Positions 47,945 through 59,607 of a DNA stretch of 64,000 nucleotides are shown here, piece after piece; position 1 is the stretch's first letter; each line of letters opens with the position of its first letter. Source of the stretch: Mytilus trossulus (Eukaryota); the NCBI RefSeq assembly GCF_036588685.1, contig NC_086381.1, forward strand, positions 24,614,001 through 24,678,000, in the 5' to 3' direction. The notes beneath the pieces were generated by a model that searched no databases, was not told the DNA's origin, and saw nothing but the letters and a program-made list of their open reading frames with translations. A program made the position numbers and the translations under genes.

Positions 47945-49275
47945 GGGGGCTCCTGGGTATAAATGATTTTTTTTTCCTAATATAGGATTTCGCTATATTT
48001 TTTCATAAATGAACTAAATCATATACTTAAAAGTAAAATGAAATAAAAAAATGGGGTCACCGTTCATTTAAGCTAAAATCTGCCACTGGAAGAAGCATAC
48101 ATTTTTGTTAATGTCCTTTTTTTCTGTTGAACTAATAGGAGAAAAAGAGGAAATATCGAAATAAAAAAATAACCTAATATAAGAAATCGCTTAAATTTTA
48201 CAATTATTAAGTTTATGTACAGCTTATTTGAAAACAATAATAAAAAATATAGGTCACCGATGAGTTATAAAAGATATTTTAAATTTAAGGATGTACACCT
48301 CTGAGGAGCCAAAAATTTCTAGAATTAAACTTTTTTTCTTAACCTGATTTTTAGGTTTATAGGACTGTAACAAAACAATTGGTGAAGAAAAAATCATATG
48401 GTGGTGTGCTTCTTTTTTTGCTACGGCCCTTTGAAAATGCCCAATTTTGATGATTTTCTCACTTTTCATCGATTTGTACCTATTTTTGGGCTATTATCGT
48501 GAAAAAAATCAAAGTTCCACAATTAAACTTTTTTTCATACTTTCCATAAAGATGAAGTGGACCAATCTGAATAAATTTAACTTACAAAAACTAAAGGTAG
48601 GTGTTAATATAAGAAAGTTTTATCATATTTTGATGCTTTTTTGTGTAAAATTTACCATACTGCCAATTTTGTATTTTTATGATTTTTCTCATTTTAAAGA
48701 ACAAAATGCATATTAATTCAACTTTTTTGTTATAAATGATTGAAAAAATACATATCTAAGAAATTTGAAAAGACCAAAATGAGATGGGATGTATATTATT
48801 CTTGTAAAATCATTTTTTGTATCCCTCACCCATTTTCTCAAAATTTTGACTAAAAATACTGACTTGAATCGTCGTAAAATTTGAAAACTGGATTATTCAA
48901 AAACCGTTCATGGTAAATACACAATTTTTTCACACAGTTATGTTTGATTATAATATTTTTAAAATTCATTGATATTTTCCACTTCTATCATATGTTTATG
49001 AAATAATTTAAGAACGAGATTTCAACGAGACTGAACGAGACTGAAAAGTCAGAAGAATACATCCTTAAGGCCAAGAAATTGCAGTTTTGCACCAAAGGGA
49101 GATAATTTGGAGCTTTTTCAATTTTTAAAGTCATCTGGGGCCAAACCAAATCAATTTTCTGGGTTGTTTTTTGTACCATATCATAAAGTAACAACTAATA
49201 GTGTAATAAATAAAATTTGTAATGAAAAAATAAAGGTTTAATTTTTTGCTAAAATTTTTGTACCCACGAGCCACC
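47945..49275. mobile_element. Non-autonomous Kolobok-type DNA transposon
   Basis: TTAA TSD at 47941-47944 and 49276-49279. Imperfect TIR GGGGGCTCCTGGGTA / TACCCACGAGCCACC. Purine (GG) termini fit Kolobok rather than piggyBac (CC). Confidence 0.8.
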
Positions 49276-50845
49276 TTAAATAGAATTTGCAAAAAAGTAT
49301 CGATGATGGATGACAACAGGTAAGTGAAGTATTGGAGAACCAGTTAAAGAATTATTTTAAATCGATAAGAAACTGAGTGTGATTGTGTCTGTTTGAATGA
49401 CAGCTTTAACATATTAATATGAAGGTATTTTCCATGAAAACTTAGAATGTCATGACAATTCTTATTTTATTTAATTCAAATCAGAATAGATAAATAAATA
49501 TTTACAGTCAAATGGAATTTATAAAATCTTACTCATCATATGATAACGTGTTTAATCAAATCATTATAGTCTATAATTGGTTTGTTTATTCAACAATTGT
49601 CTGATTGTCTTAGATTGTGAACTAAGGTAATGCCACTAGTAATCACTTACTTCAATCAAATCCTGATTGATTCAAGTTGAGTAATCAACAATGTCTTTAT
49701 AGTTAAATAGACTATTTATTAGAAACCTGATTATTTGACTCATTCTGACAAAGTGTCCGTTTCAATTTCTTTTCTTTTAAAGTGTCTTAATCAAACACTT
49801 TAACACACTGAACAACTGTCATACTTCCGACTTGACCTTATGAAGGAATTGGTGATTTAAATTGATGAAAAAGCTAGCTTTACCTCTAACTCGTAAGGAT
49901 ATTTCAATAATGACAAAAAATATGTGAACCAAGCATACAGACATTATTTGTAAAAGTATCAAATATATAAATACAACAGTACACATTTTGTTATAATGTT
50001 AATCACTATATGTCAACATAGAAAAACAAAATGCTTTATAGACAAAGTACATACATTAAAAATGAAAGACAAGATAAATAGTACTGAAAATGAAAAAGAG
50101 GATTACTAAAAATTACCATATAATTAAAACACAATGTATAAGAACCGAGCCATGCACAAAAGATATTATCAAAATCGGACTAAACAGTAAAGGTTAATTA
50201 ATGATATACAGTTTTGGACTTTTGTTAGGTTTATAAAATCAGATTTCAACCCCGGTTATGTGATATTCACTAAGGCCGACAGCATTTGAAAAACACTATA
50301 ACACGTTATTAAGATAATTAACGACTTCGGTACCTTGAAAATATACTTCAAGACCAAGTATCCTATAAAAAGAAAGTTGATTTGGAATATTTATCAACAA
50401 AGTCTTGGTATCTTCCTATGAACTGCCTTTTTGTATAAAAAGGACGAGACGTTTTTTGACATAACGTATTATCGACAAAATTGACAAATCTTCAATAATC
50501 AAGACTTATGAAGACTTTCATAAACTATAAAATGAACACTAGTATATGTAATGAAACAGCAATCGTACCAATCACGTCATATTATATATTCAAACACATC
50601 AATACATACGAATTAATTTATACCAGTGAGTGATTTTCTATCCCGTGACTTTTTGTCCTGTGAACGATTTCATTCAACGATCATTGACCGCAAGCTTATT
50701 ACATATTTCAGCTTTTTAAAAAAGTTTACCGGACTAGTTGAACTAGATTTAAAAACATAATTGAAAAACAGCCCTGAGATATTTTCACAACGTTAAGTCC
50801 AGCTGTTATGAGAACGTTCAATAATACGATCTAGATTTACAATAT

Positions 50846-52151
50846 AGGCGTTTTTCAATAAAAGCGTAACTTTCAGACATAAAAAAAGGAAAAATCAACT
50901 TGTCTAAAATTTAATTTCAAGAGTTATTTAGAATATCTCTACTATAGACGTGTTTGTAAACAAAAAGTGCTATCTGAAATACTCTTTAAAATGATAGTAT
51001 TTTCATAATGTGTGAACTGTTTCGTAGGGGACTTTACGAAGCTGCTTCTAAACACACATATTTTTGCAATTTTAAATGTTTCCTATAGACATTCCAGGTT
51101 GTTTACTTTATATACTAGAAAAATCTCATTTTTTTCTGAATTGGAGAACCATTTTATATCGATAAGGATAAGATAGTACTTCACATATGAAGGTACAACT
51201 CGTGTTACGTAGTGGACATTTCGATGCCTTTCGTTGTTGACAAATCCGTTTCGTAGTGGACAAAAAATTTCGTAGTTGACATCAACCCTATTCTATGTTG
51301 ATAAAAACATAAAACAAATTACATGGAACTAATCCTTTTTATTTGTTTTGCACGAATATAACTGACAAAAGAGTAAAAAAAGACTGCATGGTAGTGGTAG
51401 TGTCCAATACGAAACGTTTTTCTCCAGTATTTGTTTCGTATGTGACCGTTTTGTAGGGGACAAGACTGATTGTACTCTTCAAAGCATGTATTAGGCTGTA
51501 TACTGATATTATTTTCATAATTTTAAAAACCAGATACTGAAGTAGATTGGAACCGTTTCGTAGTGGACATCAACAAAACTACGGTATCACTCTGGTCTAT
51601 TTGATGTGCTCAAATTTTCTTACCAACAATTTAATTGCCGTTATAAAAGCATCCCTTCTTTTGTAAGACCCTAATGTTTATATCTCTTGCAAACAAAAAT
51701 TACATTGATTTTATAAAATACATTGATTTTATAAAACTGTTTATAAGCAAATTATAATAACTTCGTTTCGTAGTGGACATTTTGTGAGGGACACACTTTC
51801 TGAAATAAAAAATCCTATGTTAAAAGCTGTTTATTAACATATGTTGGCTTTAAACATACCTTTGAATTATTAAAGAACTTATATTAAGTATTAATAACAT
51901 GTATTTCTACATTTTGTTACGATATTTTAGAGTATGAATGTTGAACAGGCGGTCTAGGGACATTCCATGTTGGTTGTTTTGGACCATTCAGGAATCAATA
52001 TATTATTAATCCCTCTAACAATGTTTCTTTGCTTAAAAAAGTTAAATCTAATTCAATGTACTGACAGCACAAAAAATCACTTGCAAAGATCAAACACATT
52101 TTTTTAAAAAGTGGCTAGGACAAGAAAGTACATTTTTATTGAAAAACGCCC
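50846..52151. mobile_element. Non-autonomous Sola-like DNA transposon with internal iterated motif
   Basis: TIR (A/G)GGCGTTTTTCAATAAAA, 4-bp TSD ATAT (50842-50845, 52152-52155), and ~10 internal copies of a TTTCGTAGTGGACA-like motif. Confidence 0.7.
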
Positions 52152-53759
52152 ATATACATTATTTTCTAATACATTTTCAATGATCATAAGGGTAATAATA
52201 TTTTATTAATCAGATTAAAATTGAAATTATATCTCTTTAGCATTAACATATTAATACGACTGAATAATCAATAGGATCCGGAAACAAGATATAAACTTAC
52301 ATTTATTTTTCCTAATAAAAAAAGAACAATTTTTATATGAAATATACTCGAGGGAAGTGCTCTGTAAGGTAAATAATAATAACTGATTCTTATAGAACAC
52401 ATTCAATACAACAAATCTTTTAAACTGTTGAGTTTAAATGACATTTGAGAACGCATGGAAAACATAAAAAATCATAGCTCTTTCTATTTACTTACTCTTT
52501 TTTAACATTCATGAATTCTTTATTGCACTCTTTGCTGTTTTAAAAAAATACTTAAGTTAACTTATTTGTTGCAATTTTACACGTGCTCTGTGTTACTGTA
52601 CTTGTATTTTTTGTTGCGAATTGTGTATTTCAAACAAGTTCGCGAGTATTTATTTTCGCGATTATTTCCCGAAAATAAAATTAAAAAACAAATAGCGTGC
52701 AATCAGCAATCACTGAATGAAATGAAATTTGTCGATAATACGTTATAGATTCATAATATATATATAATGTCTGCAACAATCAACATGCAATCTATGCAGG
52801 CGTGGATCAGTTTGTGGAAATAAACTAATACATTTACTGAATGCAAAAATTATATAAATGTCTACGAATATAACTTTAACACGCTAACTAAGACAAATAA
52901 ACTATATTTCGCTAGACAAACTAGCTTCATTAGGCGTGTGCAACTCTCAAGATGAAATCGGATGAATGACTAGTAATACTTTTGTAGCTCAAACTACACA
53001 AAGTTGGAGTAAAAGTTTAACATATTTATAGATTGTCTATATTAAAGGAAAAATAAATACTTTTTCAGCTTAAACTTTGCAAAGTTCGTGTTTCAGCTAT
53101 ATTCTTAGATAGTTATATGAATGTAAATACAAGAGTAAGTTTAGTTTATACGCATATATTGCTCAATAACTTCGAAAATATTGAAATTTCAAGAAACGCG
53201 TACAAAACGTCTTTGAATACCAACATTTCAATCATATATACGGGTGTCATTCGGTATATATGTAATGATTTTATAGGAATAGTGTATGCAATATATTACC
53301 TATAATATCACAATCCTATGCTTGAGTCATAAGTCGTCTATTAGGCCGCTCGTCAATCTGGGGACGTCCGCTCTGGATAACAACTTGGGTAATGACTGCC
53401 TAATAATCCATGGGAAATCCCGGAATTCCTTGGTATGACGTAGTAGTGTAAATGTATAAGGATAAAGGCCAAGAATATTTAGTTCCGAATAAACTGTTGA
53501 TATAATACCATATTCTTAACATTCCTCCCTCTTTCGTAGAAATGAACCCGTTCTGTAGAATAAATTTATAGGTATTCCTTTTACTTAACACTTTGAAGTT
53601 CGATGTAGGGAAATAAATCCTTAATTTGGAATGCAGTTGTCCGTAAATTGAGGTAGATACATGTGGCCATAACGTTGTAATGTCACAAAATGATCACAAT
53701 AAACTATGTACAATAACTATGTACAAAAAATGTACTATATACACAATATCCGCCATGAT

Positions 53760-54911
53760 TTAAATGATGCTGTAGACGTCTGTGGCATTCTTGGTCGTAA
53801 TATTGGCAATTTCTTCTACGCTACACAAGAAAATGTTTGCCAATTTTTCACAGATATCCTTTATCATCAACGGTGAACCAAAATCTTCAAACTCAGGATG
53901 TAGATACGGGGCATCTGTCTCCAATACAATGTCTTTTAATTTCATGTTACAAACTAGAGACCTATATTTTTGATATTTTTTGTCATTTAGGATGAAAGGT
54001 GAAATGCCAAATTTGCAGTTTGGAAATGACGTTTTCCATTTCCGATACATCACTTCATCTCCATTAAAACAGTGCCTGTGTAATTTTAAACTTTTCGGCA
54101 GCAACCGAACAAGTGTATTCAAACATATCTCATCCGTACGCCCATCTCCTCTGCAATGAATAACCAGCGGTAAATCTCTTTTAACTGCAATTGCTATTTG
54201 TTTTTCAAAAAACTTGATCTGTTTTTCTAAATCACATTTCCTCCCACTATTATCTAAACCACACTCACTGACAGCAACCACTCTATTCGCTTTCAACAGC
54301 CATTCCAAATCCGAAATCCATCCATTTAATTTTGATGTATTTTCCATCTCCACAATTCTTGGGTGAATGCCGAAAGTAAGTTTAATCCTGTTATCCTGCC
54401 TAATTTTAGATCTTAAATCACTAGATGGCCAGTTTCTTGGATAACAGTAATTGCTAATAAGATATGAAATTTTATAATCCTTATTGTTCCATGTCCAAAA
54501 AGATTGAGGTAATGAAATATGGCCTATTTTTTTCGATAGCATATCCAAATGAAAATGAGAGTCCGTAAGGTGTAGTGTCTCTTTTACCTCCAAAACGGGT
54601 CTTAAAGATATAATTTTCTCAACGGAAATAAAGTTCTCGCCCATTTCTGTTTGTTGGATCAATGAAGCTAATATTCGCCAATGTAACAATAACGGTATAC
54701 TGTATGGAGGTTGAACTATAATATTTTTACTTCCAAATTCAAATACACATTCATTCGTGGCATTAAATATGAATACCATTTTTAAATCTTTTCCCTGAAA
54801 AATGGGCTCTGAATGCTTAGGATAAACACAGATTTTGTCAGCTAAATTACAAAGATCTTGTAGCGTATCACATTCGAGTTCTTTAGAAACAACCTCCGAT
54901 AAACCATTCAT
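53760..54911 (-). CDS. tatD: TatD-family nuclease ORF; the frame stays open up to ~55040 and includes a C2H2 zinc finger
   Basis: Motifs TDSHFHL, GIHP, SECGLD, VIHCR, HCF and ETDAPY (metal ligands retained). The in-frame upstream sequence reads CQCKIQFAQNSVLDAHIAEWH. Confidence 0.9.
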   Translation of the reverse strand: MNGLSEVVSKELECDTLQDLCNLADKICVYPKHSEPIFQGKDLKMVFIFNATNECVFEFGSKNIIVQPPYSIPLLLHWRILASLIQQTEMGENFISVEKIISLRPVLEVKETLHLTDSHFHLDMLSKKIGHISLPQSFWTWNNKDYKISYLISNYCYPRNWPSSDLRSKIRQDNRIKLTFGIHPRIVEMENTSKLNGWISDLEWLLKANRVVAVSECGLDNSGRKCDLEKQIKFFEKQIAIAVKRDLPLVIHCRGDGRTDEICLNTLVRLLPKSLKLHRHCFNGDEVMYRKWKTSFPNCKFGISPFILNDKKYQKYRSLVCNMKLKDIVLETDAPYLHPEFEDFGSPLMIKDICEKLANIFLCSVEEIANITTKNATDVYSII

Positions 54912-55000
54912 TAGGTTAACCCAGCGTTCATATTTGTCTTCCGAGAATTTAATATTTGTATTCTTAATGTCAGATTGATGCCACTCTGCAATATGAGCAT

Positions 55001-55183
55001 CTAAAACACTGTTCTGAGCAAATTGTATTTTGCACTGACATTAGTGAAAATTTCCGCACACGTCGGACACTTTCTTCCCTTTTTGTATCTCTTTGTACTC
55101 GCACGAAGATACATTGCATCATTTTTTGGTAGTTCATTCTCAAAAGGTCCATAGTCTGGCTCAAATTCATCATCCTCATGCAT
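55001..55183 (-). pseudogene. Frameshifted N-terminus of the ZnF-TatD ORF (acidic leader, basic patch, CxxC)
   Basis: MHEDDEFEPDY..KRYKKGRKCPTCAEIF. The ATG follows a splice acceptor (minus strand ttttacttattcctgcag|tATG). Confidence 0.65.
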
Positions 55184-55264
55184 ACTGCAGGAATAAGTAA
55201 AACAGTGAGATGAAACATATACGACAAATAAAGAAAAATATCAAAATATATTAAGTTTCTTGAA

Positions 55265-55362
55265 AAGCAAAAATTATAAGCAAAATTATATATATGCAAA
55301 AAATTACGAGCAAAAATTATATATGCAAAAATTACGAGCAAAAAAAATATATGCAAAAATTG
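55265..55362. repeat. Short gcaaaaatta tandem array between pol and the TatD ORF
   Basis: gcaaaaatta(ta/cga) repeated ~7 times. Confidence 0.75.
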
Positions 55363-55496
55363 CGCACACTCATACATTAGTAAAGCTTAAAAATATGTTA
55401 CACTTTGGCTAAAAATTTCTTTTCTCAGTACCAATAGTGGACAAAAAACTATATTACAATATTATACATAAATAATGATTATCTGTAACAAAATCA

Positions 55497-58400
55497 TTAA
55501 TCCTCGACATAGTCTGATAAGTAGGCAGGTTTTTTCCTTTGCCTCCTCCTACTTAACATATCGGATTCAACAGCAGATGCATCCATTTTATGAACATGAA
55601 GATCCGCATTAACATTCTTCTCGCCCACGTCGGTTTCAGCTTTCTTCTCTGAAGAAGTCGAATTACTGACTGTGTGAGACACCAGAGGATCTGGCGCACT
55701 CGCAATAGCAGCATCACCAATTAAATGAGACATCAGAGGATCTGACGAACTCTTGACATTGGTGTTTTCTTTAAATATATCTGGCATTCCAATTGGACAT
55801 TCGTCAATCTCATTGGTTTCTTCATCCATCGTTTGATCCACTTCTTGATTCCTCATCCTTTTAATCCAGATTGGAAGTTCCAAAGTTTAATTCTGTCATG
55901 ATGAATCCAAGATTCTGTTTTCCTATCCTTAATCTTGTATAATACAAGTGAACGCTGTTATCAAATATGGTCCTTTCCACGGAGATTTCAATTTCGCAGA
56001 CTGTCCCACCTTTGTAGCTTGATTGAGTTTATGAACGACATCTCCAACATTATACTTATTCTGGTTATATTTCAAATCATATATGCCTTTTTGTCGTTCC
56101 TGTGAAGCCTTCAAATTATCTCTGGCGATGTCATGCACCCTGTTTAAATTCTCCACGAAATCCTTAATATATTGTGGAACTTCTTTTCTGTCAGCATTCC
56201 AGTTTGAAGTGCCTAAAATTACATCAATTGGTTGAAAAACTTCTCTTCCCAGCATCATCATGTTAGCAGAGAATCCTGTTTGCGAGTTGCGTGTTGCTCG
56301 GACAGCTCCAACTAGTTGTTGAAAAAATAAATCCCAGTTGTGTTGTTTACTTTTGATGAAACATCTTATTGTCTGTAGTATTGTTTTGTTATACCGTTCC
56401 ACTTGTCCATTAGACGACGGATGATATGGTGTGGTTCTAGTCTTGGCTATTTGTAGTAGTTCACAGAGTTGCCTTACTAAGTTTCCATCCATGTTTATTC
56501 CTTGGTCTGTGTGGAGTTCAATTGGACAGCCAAATCTAAGAAAAAAAATGATCCACCAGGGTTCTTGCCACAGCTTCAGCTGTCTGTGTTGCAATTGGGA
56601 AGCATTCTAACCACTTTGTATACTGATCAATTACCATAAGCAAATATTTACTTTCCATTTTTGTAACAGGAAGAGGCCCTAAGATGTCCATGTGTACTCG
56701 TTCCATTGGGAAACCAGCATGGTATTGTCCTAACTTCGATCTGGCAGTTCGTGTTGTTTTGTTGTTAAGATTACATGTAGTGCATGATTTCACATACAGT
56801 TTGCAGGATTGCGTCATATTTAACCAAACAGCTATTTGTTTCAGTTTCTCTAATGTTTTATACTGTCCCATGTGACCAGACGAGACTACATCATGTCAAT
56901 CATGTAGAAGTTCCCTTTGCATCTGTTTTGGTGTCATGAAAAGGAGTCTTGGCAAAATAGGATATTCCCATTTGTAAAGTAAAATATTGTCTTTTATCTG
57001 TATTTGCTGTCGTAATGACCAAAAATGTCGGACTACTTCACTACACTGTTTTAGTTCTGCTTTAGTTGGCTCATATTTATCCTCGATCCATCTCTTTAAA
57101 GTTTTTAAATCAGAATCTCTCATTTGTTCTTCATGCAGTTCTACTGGAGAGTATGAAGGAGTCCAATTTGTTTTATATGAACCTTCGTCAACAAGTCTCC
57201 TTATGGTTAAGGGGACAACAAAATCCACTTCTTCCTCAAATGTTTGCTACTGTTGCCGTTCCCTTGTGCAAAACTTGCAACCCCCACAAGGTAACTCTTC
57301 TAAATTGAAATCTGGTCTGTAATTACGGCATGCATCAATGTCATCAGGTATTCTTGACAATCCATCTGCGTTAATGTGTTTCTTTCCAGCTCTGTGTTGT
57401 ATAATCATGTTATACTGAGACAGTTCTTCTATCCATCTTGCCAGTTGTCCTTTGATATTTTCAAAGTTTAGTAACCAGGTTAAACTGTTGTGGTCCGTTC
57501 TTATCACAAAAGTACGATCTAATAGATAGTGACGACATTGTCTAGTAAAACATATTATAGCCAATAATTCCTTTCTTGTTGTACAATAATTCCGCTGAGC
57601 AGGTGTCAAGACTTTACTTGCGAAGCTTACTGTTCTTTCCACTCCATCTTGTATCTGACTTAATTCTGCCCCGATAGATTTTTTGTGAAGCATCTGTATC
57701 TAGAATAAATAAGTCATCAGGTGTTGGATAACTTAAGATCACTGAATATATCAAAGCTTCATTAAGATTTTGAAAAGACTGTGTTTGTTCTTCATCCCAT
57801 GCAAATTCTGCCTTTGGACCAGTAAGTCGATGTAAAGGTTCCGCAATTTGGGCAAATTGTTCTATGTGATCACGATGATAGTTAACAAACCCTATAAAGG
57901 ATTCTACTTCTTTTCTGTTCCTTGGTGTTGGCCATTTCTTTACAGATCCTATACTGTCAGGATTCACTGCAACTCCATCGGCGCTGACTATTTTCCCCCA
58001 AAACTTCACTTGTGTTTGCAGCAGCTGACATTTGCTCGGTTTTAACTTTAGGTTATACTTCTGGAACCTCGAAAAAACTTCACTTAAACTACAGATGTGG
58101 TCATCAAAATCTTTGACTAAAACAATTACATCGTCAAGATATGCTAGACATTCTTTCCAGGAAAGGCCTTGCAGAACAAGCTGAATTACCCTGCTGAATG
58201 TTGCAGGACTATTACATAGACCAAATGGAAGTTTTGTATACTGAAATAGACCGTATTTAGTAACACACGCTGTCTTGTGTCTGTCGTTTTCGTCTAAGTT
58301 TACCTGATAATATCCTGAGGCCATATCCAGCGTTGACATGTGTCTATGTTCGAAATCTGGAACGCGTCTTTTATAGTACCGTCATTAAACTTCCGGAAGT

Positions 58401-59607
58401 CTATGCAGTATCTGAGCTTCCCGTCTTTCTTCCTTACTAATACTGGTGGCGATGCCCATTCCGAAGTAGACGGTTCAATAATTCCTTTATCTAACAGTTG
58501 CTGTAAATGTTCTTCTTCTTCTTTCTGAAATCCCAGGGGTGTTCTTCGCATTTTCTGTTTAATGGGATGGGAATTTCCAGTATCAATCTCATGTTGAATA
58601 TCTCCATTGAAAAGTCCAATATCCAGGTCATCCTTAGCGAAAATATCTTGGAACTTCAGTAATAATGTGGCTAGCTGTAATGACTGTTGGTTGTTTAAAT
58701 TTGCTAGTGATCTGTTGAATAGTTCTTTTAAATGTGTTGGTAGCTTCTCTCTTAGCTGGTTCAGGTCAAAGGACTGCTTTGGATCAATATCTATTTTATT
58801 CAACTTTAATCTATTTTCGTCTGTTTCCTCCATTACAGCATTAATCTCTAATCCTATACCCATCTGAAAATCCTTTTTCAGAGTTTTAAATTGTTCTGTT
58901 GGATTTCGTAGCATTACAGGAACTTGTTTTTTACCCATACAGAGCATATTTGGAACCAACAGGCCCTTCATGAAATTGGTTGGTTGAATTACAATATCAT
59001 TCATCGGTTTCTCATCTAACTCAACAATGGCAACTTTACTAGAACCAGGTGGTATGACTGTTTTCTTTTTTATCTTTATTCTGTTTATTTTCATTTGTTG
59101 GTCCTGTCTGTTTGAAGTCATAAAAGATGGAACTTTTTCACCTTTAAGTTTGATGGAATAGTCTGTTAAGTCAATAATTGCTTTTTGGCTCTCAAGAAAA
59201 TCTATACCTAGAATGAGATTATCTGTTATTTCAGCTACAACCATATCCCATTTAACTGTGGAACTGCCTATGTACAAGTTTACATTTTCTGCTATTCCTG
59301 CATTCATTTCTGAACAAGCTCCAGCACCTTTAAGTACGATGTTATCTTTGATTTTTGGTTTATAAGTTAACTGGTCAAAGAATGTCTTACTTATAACCGA
59401 CACCTGTGCTGCTGTGTATATTACTCCGAAAGTTTTCTTACTGTTCACCACTACAGGAATATATAATGTTTTGGCGTCTGAGTCTGGGATATTTGACTAA
59501 TATAAATTGACTTCAGTTTGTTTTTCTAAAGATAGAGTTGGTGGCCTTCCAGTATCACCTGGATAGGCTGAAGATCGGCCTACTGCTTCAACCCGTTGGA
59601 GTTTAAA
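55497..59607 (-). pseudogene. pol: Gypsy pol (protease, RT, RNase H, integrase), multiply disrupted
   Basis: PR IYTAAQVS (catalytic D replaced by Y) and ILGIDFL. RT WASPPVLV..RYCIDFR, LPFGLCNSPATF, YLDD. RH LDTDAS, NYCTTRKELLA, TDHNSL, NADGLSR. IN H..GH..CTTC, MDILGP, TDQG, NGQVERYN, WKGPY. Confidence 0.95.

Noticed and set aside
53760-55040. TatD staying open while gag-pol decays, as evidence of domestication
   Set aside because: A pol fragment of similar length (58300-59451) is also unbroken, and the ZnF-TatD N-terminus is itself frameshifted, so this is not significant without dN/dS.
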